Below are positions 59,302-64,000 of a stretch of DNA of 64,000 bases, piece by piece. The stretch lies in contig JBDLRP010000021.1 in the NCBI GenBank assembly GCA_039799905.1, positions 96,001 through 160,000 of the forward strand, given 5' to 3'. Both the position numbers and the translations under genes were made by a program. A model generated the notes under the pieces. It was not told the origin of the DNA. It was given only the letters and a program-made list of their open reading frames with translations, and searched no databases. This stretch comes from Pseudomonadota bacterium. Its GTDB lineage: Bacteria; Bdellovibrionota_B; Oligoflexia; Silvanigrellales; Silvanigrellaceae. Positions within the stretch are counted from its first letter, which is position 1. Every line of letters begins with the position of its first letter.

Positions 59302-60321
59302 ATGGATTTTTTAGCGATGCTTTTTATCGCGTTTGCGGTCGTCGTGCTGTTTGCCATTGCACGCAGTATTTACGTCATCCGCCAGCAGGAATGCATGATC
59401 ATCGAACGGCTCGGACGTTTTAAATCCGTGCTGTTTTCCGGCCCGCAAATCATCTTACCGTTCGTCGATCAGCCAAGACAAATGCTGTGGGTCAAAAATG
59501 GCATCGTGCTTCCCCTCGACAGAATCGATTTGCGTGAAGTCGTACTCGACATTCCAGAGCAAAGAGTAATCACAAAAGACAACGTAGGCATTGTCGTCGA
59601 CGCGCTCATTTATACTCAAATCACCGACGTCCGGCGTGCCGCCTATGAGATTCAGTCGCTGCCGCTGGCCATCGGTCAGCTGACACAAACGACGCTCAGA
59701 AACCTGATCGGTGAACTCGAGCTCGACCACACGCTTTCGAGCCGTGATGCGATAAACACGCGTCTTAAAAATATTCTCGACGAAGCGGCCGACAAGTGGG
59801 GCCTCAAGGTCAATCGCGTTGAGCTCAAAAACATCATCCCTCCCATGGAAGTTCAACAGGCCATGGAAAAGCAGATGCAGGCCGAGCGTGAACGGCGGGC
59901 GCAGGTCCTCACTGCCGAAGGGCAAAAACAAAGTAGGATTCTTGAAGCCGAAGGCGAGAAGCAGAGCCGTATTGAAAGTTCACAGGGAGAGCAGCAGGAA
60001 AAAATCAATCAGGCGCTGGGCGACAGAGACGCACTGATTGCACGGGCAGATGGTCAGGCACGGGAAATCGAGGCTGTGGCGCGCGCACAGGCGTTTGCCA
60101 TCACCAGCGTTCGCGATGCCTTTGGCGACGCAAAGGTAGCCTCACAATATTTGATTGCAATCGAGTACCTGAAGCGCTTCGGTGAAATGACCAGCAAACC
60201 TAATGACAAAGTCTTCATTCCGTATGAGGCATCCGGAGTTCTCAGCTCACTGGGAGGAATCTCCGAAATGCTGCGCGCAACGCACACGAGCGGCGCTCAA
60301 CCCTCAACATCAAAGTTGTAA
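59302..60321 (+). CDS. SPFH/band 7 protein (QmcA/paraslipin-like)
   Basis: IIERLGRF, IDLRE, VITKDNV, QTTLRN.IG, AMEKQMQAERERRA. Confidence 0.95.
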   Translation: MDFLAMLFIAFAVVVLFAIARSIYVIRQQECMIIERLGRFKSVLFSGPQIILPFVDQPRQMLWVKNGIVLPLDRIDLREVVLDIPEQRVITKDNVGIVVDALIYTQITDVRRAAYEIQSLPLAIGQLTQTTLRNLIGELELDHTLSSRDAINTRLKNILDEAADKWGLKVNRVELKNIIPPMEVQQAMEKQMQAERERRAQVLTAEGQKQSRILEAEGEKQSRIESSQGEQQEKINQALGDRDALIARADGQAREIEAVARAQAFAITSVRDAFGDAKVASQYLIAIEYLKRFGEMTSKPNDKVFIPYEASGVLSSLGGISEMLRATHTSGAQPSTSKL

Positions 60322-61010
60322 TAGACCGCTTGAACGTCATCCTGCTCTTCGAGCTTTTCAACGAGTTCGAGAGCATTTTTTGCGTTATCGCCCGACAGTG
60401 ACACACGAGTGTCCGGAATCATTTCCAATCCGGCCTTGTCAAATTGCAGTCCGCCTGCAACCAATGCATCGCGCACAGAGGCAAAACTGGTTGGATCGGT
60501 GTAGACGGTAGCAAAGCCATCTTCCACCACAACGTCGTCCGCTCCGGCATCGAGCGCCAGCTCCATGACTTTGTCTTCACTCACAGCAGTCAGTGCGATG
60601 TCGAGAACGCCCTTCTTTTTGAACATCCATGCAACCGAGCCCATTTCACCCATGTTGCCGCTGTTTTTGGTGAAAATCTTTCGTAACTCGGGATTGGTTC
60701 GGTTGCGGTTGTCGGTGAGAACCTCAACCAAAATTGCCGAACCACCCGGACCGTATCCCTCATAGGTGATTTCTTCGAAGGTCATACCCTCAAGTTCACC
60801 AGCACCCTTTTTGATTGCGCGCTCGATGACGTCCTTGGGCATGTTATTGTCACGCGCGCGATCGACGGCCAGACGCAGTTTCGAATTGAAGTTGGGATCA
60901 CTTCCGGTGCGTGCAGCCACCATAATTTCGCGTGCCAACTTTGTGAAAACTCTTCCGCGCGCAGCGGCGCTTGCGGCCATTCGACCTGCGACTGTAGCGT
61001 GACGACCCAT
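60297..61010 (-). CDS. YebC/PmpR family protein
   Basis: FTKLAREI.VAAR.G.DP..N, YEGYGPGG, TDNRNRT, GSVAWMF, DDVQ.VY.N; ATG 61010 after AAGGAAGG. Confidence 0.96.
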   Translation of the reverse strand: MGRHATVAGRMAASAAARGRVFTKLAREIMVAARTGSDPNFNSKLRLAVDRARDNNMPKDVIERAIKKGAGELEGMTFEEITYEGYGPGGSAILVEVLTDNRNRTNPELRKIFTKNSGNMGEMGSVAWMFKKKGVLDIALTAVSEDKVMELALDAGADDVVVEDGFATVYTDPTSFASVRDALVAGGLQFDKAGLEMIPDTRVSLSGDNAKNALELVEKLEEQDDVQAVYYNFDVEG

Positions 61011-61253
61011 GCGAAACCTTCCTTTGATACAATTTAACGCACACGGTTGGGAAATTTCAGAAGGGAAGACTACTCCGCCGGCCGTTGCGATATCAAGTGG
61101 CGAAGAGATTCCTTGACCTGTGCGTTTCACGTAGTTGTTACAGCGATGACAGCCCGATGCCAAGAGTGCGACTTTGCCCCCCGCGCAAGTTCCGATAATC
61201 TTTGTCATACAATTCTGGCAGCACTCGCGTCTGCCAGCTCCAAAGGGGGCGTT

Positions 61254-62594
61254 ATGGGACAAAAGAAGCATAAAAACGGCACAGAACAGGCCGATCTTTC
61301 GGACGGAACACCGCGAGTCGCGGTGGTGGGAGCAGTGCGCACGCCATTCGTTCGTTCCTTCGGAGTCTTTGAGCGAGAAACACCGCTCGGACTCAGTCTT
61401 CGTCCGGCAACCGAGGTCATCGCTCGCAGCGGCGCAAACGCCGCCGACATTGACGAGGTGATTTGGGGTGCTGTGGTGCCGCAAACAAAGAACCCCAATA
61501 TCGCGCGCGACATCGTCCTCTTTGCAGGACTTCCAAAGTCTATCGCCGGCTATACGCTGAACCGTGCATGCGCAAGTTCATTGCAGGCAGTCCAGCTCGC
61601 GGCAGATGCGATCAAGTCCGGTCGAAACAAAATGGTTCTTGCGGGCGGAGTCGAGGTTCTCTCGGACGTGCCGATCACTTTTTCCGATGAAGCGCGCCGT
61701 TTTCTGACCCGCCTCTCACGCACAAAAAACATCAAAGAAAAGCTGATGATGCTTGGTGAATTTAATCCAAAAGCGTTTCTGCCGAAGCCACCCGCACTCG
61801 CGGAACCGTTTACCGGCTTCACGATGGGCGAGCACGGTGAGCAGATGGCCGTGAAGAACGACATCACAAGAGAACGGCAAGATGAACTCGCCATGCGCAG
61901 TCATCACCGCGCAGCAGCAGCCATTGAAAAAGGCTACTTGAAAGATGAGATTGTTCCGGTTTGGTCTGGTGCCAACAAAGAGAACTTTGTTGACGCCGAC
62001 AATCTTGTCCGTGCGGATACGTCCATCGAAGCGCTGGCAAAGCTCAAACCCGCCTTCGACAAACGAAACGGAACACTGACCGCAGGCAACTCGAGCGCGC
62101 TGACAGACGGCGCCTCTGCAGTCCTGCTGGCGAATGCCGACTACGCCGAGGCGCACAAACTTCCTATTCTTGGATATGTCGTTGATTCCGTGGCGGTCGC
62201 GGTGGATCCAAAAGATCAGCTTTTGATTGGCCCTGCATACGCGATTCCGAAGTTGCTTGCTCGCCACAATCTCAAGCTGTCGGACATCGGCGTGTTTGAA
62301 ATTCATGAGGCTTTTGCCGCACAGGTTCTCAGCTGCCTCGACGCAATGTCCAACACGCGTTTTTGTCAGGAAAAGCTTGGACTCGAAGGTGCTTACGGCG
62401 TGATTGACCCCAACAAAATGAACATCGACGGCGGTTCCATCGCATACGGGCATCCGTTTGGCGCCACCGGCGGCCGCCTTGTCGGCCGCGCCTTGAGAAT
62501 CGCACAGCGCACGGGCTCACGCTACGCGCTGGTCGCGATCTGTGCTGCCGGAGGAATGGGACAAGCCATGCTTCTTGAAGCGCCCCAACACTAA
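61254..62594 (+). CDS. fadI: Acetyl-CoA C-acyltransferase, FadI/trifunctional-enzyme beta type
   Basis: NRACASS, LSDVPI, HEAFAAQ, GHPFGATG, CAAGGMG. Confidence 0.9.
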   Translation: MGQKKHKNGTEQADLSDGTPRVAVVGAVRTPFVRSFGVFERETPLGLSLRPATEVIARSGANAADIDEVIWGAVVPQTKNPNIARDIVLFAGLPKSIAGYTLNRACASSLQAVQLAADAIKSGRNKMVLAGGVEVLSDVPITFSDEARRFLTRLSRTKNIKEKLMMLGEFNPKAFLPKPPALAEPFTGFTMGEHGEQMAVKNDITRERQDELAMRSHHRAAAAIEKGYLKDEIVPVWSGANKENFVDADNLVRADTSIEALAKLKPAFDKRNGTLTAGNSSALTDGASAVLLANADYAEAHKLPILGYVVDSVAVAVDPKDQLLIGPAYAIPKLLARHNLKLSDIGVFEIHEAFAAQVLSCLDAMSNTRFCQEKLGLEGAYGVIDPNKMNIDGGSIAYGHPFGATGGRLVGRALRIAQRTGSRYALVAICAAGGMGQAMLLEAPQH

Positions 62595-62607
62595 AGGAAA
62601 CTGACAC

Positions 62608-64000
62608 ATGAACACTCCGATTCAATCGACAACAAAAACCCTGCGTGTTTCGTGGCAGGACAACGTCTGCATTGTCGACTTTCATGACGAATCAAAATCG
62701 ATGAACGCGTTCTCGCGCGACATTCTTGCCGACCTCGATCAAATTCTTGCTCAGGTGCTGGCAACTCCCAATATCGCCGGTCTCGTATTCACCTCTTCGA
62801 AGCCTGCGTGCTTTGCCGCAGGTGTCGACATCAGTATTTTTGATACTCTGACAACTCAGCAGGCGGGCGAGGAAGCATCGCGTGCCTTGCACAATGTCTT
62901 TCAAAAATTTGCCGACGCAAGTGTGCCGACTGTTGCGGCCATCAACGGCGTGTGTTTGGGCGGAGGCCTTGAATTGGCTCTGGCCTGCCATTATCGGATT
63001 TGTTCGTCGCATTCTTCCACGCAATTGGGCCTGCCCGAAATTCAGCTTGGTCTGCTCCCCGGTGGAGGCGGAACACAAAGATTGCCAAGGGTGATTGGTG
63101 TTGCACCTGCACTCGACCTGATTCTCACCGGCAAAAAAGTGGATCCCAAAAAAGCTCTGAAGCTCGGCTTGGTCAGTGAGGTTGTTCCCGAGAATCAACT
63201 TCTTCACAAGGCGGTCCAGCTTTGCAAGAATTCACAGCCCGTATCGCTCGATAAAAAACGATCGGCACTTGGTTTTCTGGGACAGATGAAAGTCGCCGAT
63301 GCGGGCAACATAGACATGCAAAAACTTGCGCTCGAAACAAACCCGATTGGCCGCACGATCATCGAGAGAAAAACACTCGAACAAATCGAAAAGAATACCA
63401 AAGGCTTTTATCCAGCGCCCAAAAAAGCTCTCGAAGCACTGATGAAGGGTATCAGCCGTCCGCTTGCCGAGGGGCTCAAAATAGAGGCCAAACTTTTTGG
63501 TGACTTGGTCGTCACGCCGGAAAGCCGCTCGCTCGTTCATATTTTCAGAATGATCACTGCAGCAAAAAAGAACCCCTTCGACGCCGATGCGCAAAAGGCC
63601 GCCCGCGAGACTGTGCTCGAACCATTGCAGGACGGAAGCACATTCGTCGGCATGCTCGGCGCGGGGCTGATGGGCAGCGGAATTGCAACTGTGCTCTCGG
63701 AGAAAAACATCCGCTGCGGCCTGCTTGACCGCGATGGAGCAGGACTGCAGCGCGGACTCAAAATGGTGCAGAGCTATTTCGATGATCGAATGCGCAAGCG
63801 CAGGATCAAGAAATTTGACCGTGACGCAGCCATGGGACGCGTGTTGCCGACAACATCGATGGAAAGTCTGAGCGGAGTGCCTTTTGTCATTGAAGCGGTA
63901 TTTGAGGACCTCGCAGTTAAACACGACATGCTTAAAAAATGCGAGGCAACCCTGCACAACGAAGACTTCATCTTTGCATCCAACACATCTAGTCTGCCAA
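62608..64000 (+). CDS. fadJ: Fatty acid oxidation complex subunit alpha (FadJ/FadB-type); runs off window
   Basis: ATG 62608 after AAGGA; crotonase CLGGGLELAL, LGLPEIQLGLLPGGGGTQRLPR; then GAGLMGSG, IEAVFED, FASNTSSLP (read from the DNA). Confidence 0.9.
   Translation, partial: MNTPIQSTTKTLRVSWQDNVCIVDFHDESKSMNAFSRDILADLDQILAQVLATPNIAGLVFTSSKPACFAAGVDISIFDTLTTQQAGEEASRALHNVFQKFADASVPTVAAINGVCLGGGLELALACHYRICSSHSSTQLGLPEIQLGLLPGGGGTQRLPRVIGVAPALDLILTGKKVDPKKALKLGLVSEVVPENQLLHKAVQLCKNSQPVSLDKKRSALGFLGQMKVADAGNIDMQKLALETNPIGRTIIERKTLEQIEKNTKGFYPAPKKALEALMKGISRPLAEGLKIEAKLFGDLVVTPESRSLVHIFRMITAAKKNPFDADAQKAARETVLEPLQDGSTFVGMLGAGLMGSGIATVLSEKNIRCGLLDRDGAGLQRGLKMVQSYFDDRMRKRRIKKFDRDAAMGRVLPTTSMESLSGVPFVIEAVFEDLAVKHDMLKKCEATLHNEDFIFASNTSSLP

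Noticed and set aside
61011..61484. Long N-terminal extensions of yebC (395 aa) and thiolase (515 aa) in the ORF track
   Set aside because: They would overlap head-to-head; RBS-supported starts are at 61010 and 61254.
62692..63986. ORF-track entries near the window end
   Set aside because: Shadows of the fadJ-like gene, which runs off the window.

Overview
Gene-dense core chromosomal segment of a Gram-negative bacterium. The gene content (deltaproteobacterial-type pilMNOPQ followed by TPR-aroQ, an MglA-family GTPase, a Cys-cluster DUF429 protein, an HTH/ImmA-IrrE-like protein) suggests Bdellovibrionota/Oligoflexia; this is an inference. About 56 CDS were found, including rpoZ, metG, dnaK, secG, prfC, dut, aroQ, manA, hemW, tldD/pmbA, aspS, fahA, two beta-oxidation modules, degP, an RhlB-like helicase, a peptide ABC system, NfeD/SPFH and yebC. 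There are two tRNAs (Asp-GTC, Trp-CCA) and several intrinsic terminators. No integrase, transposase, prophage, CRISPR array or rRNA was recognised. Most notable: (i) a type IV pilus locus with an N/G-rich secretin tail, extending to an MglA paralogue with substitutions in all catalytic G-motifs; (ii) several apparent pseudo-enzymes (site-2 protease, IrrE-like, RsmE, patatin-like lipoprotein); (iii) an uncharacterised enzyme coupled to fahA; (iv) a beta-barrel plus di-heme lipo-cytochrome pair. All family calls come from motif recognition by eye; no database searches were run.
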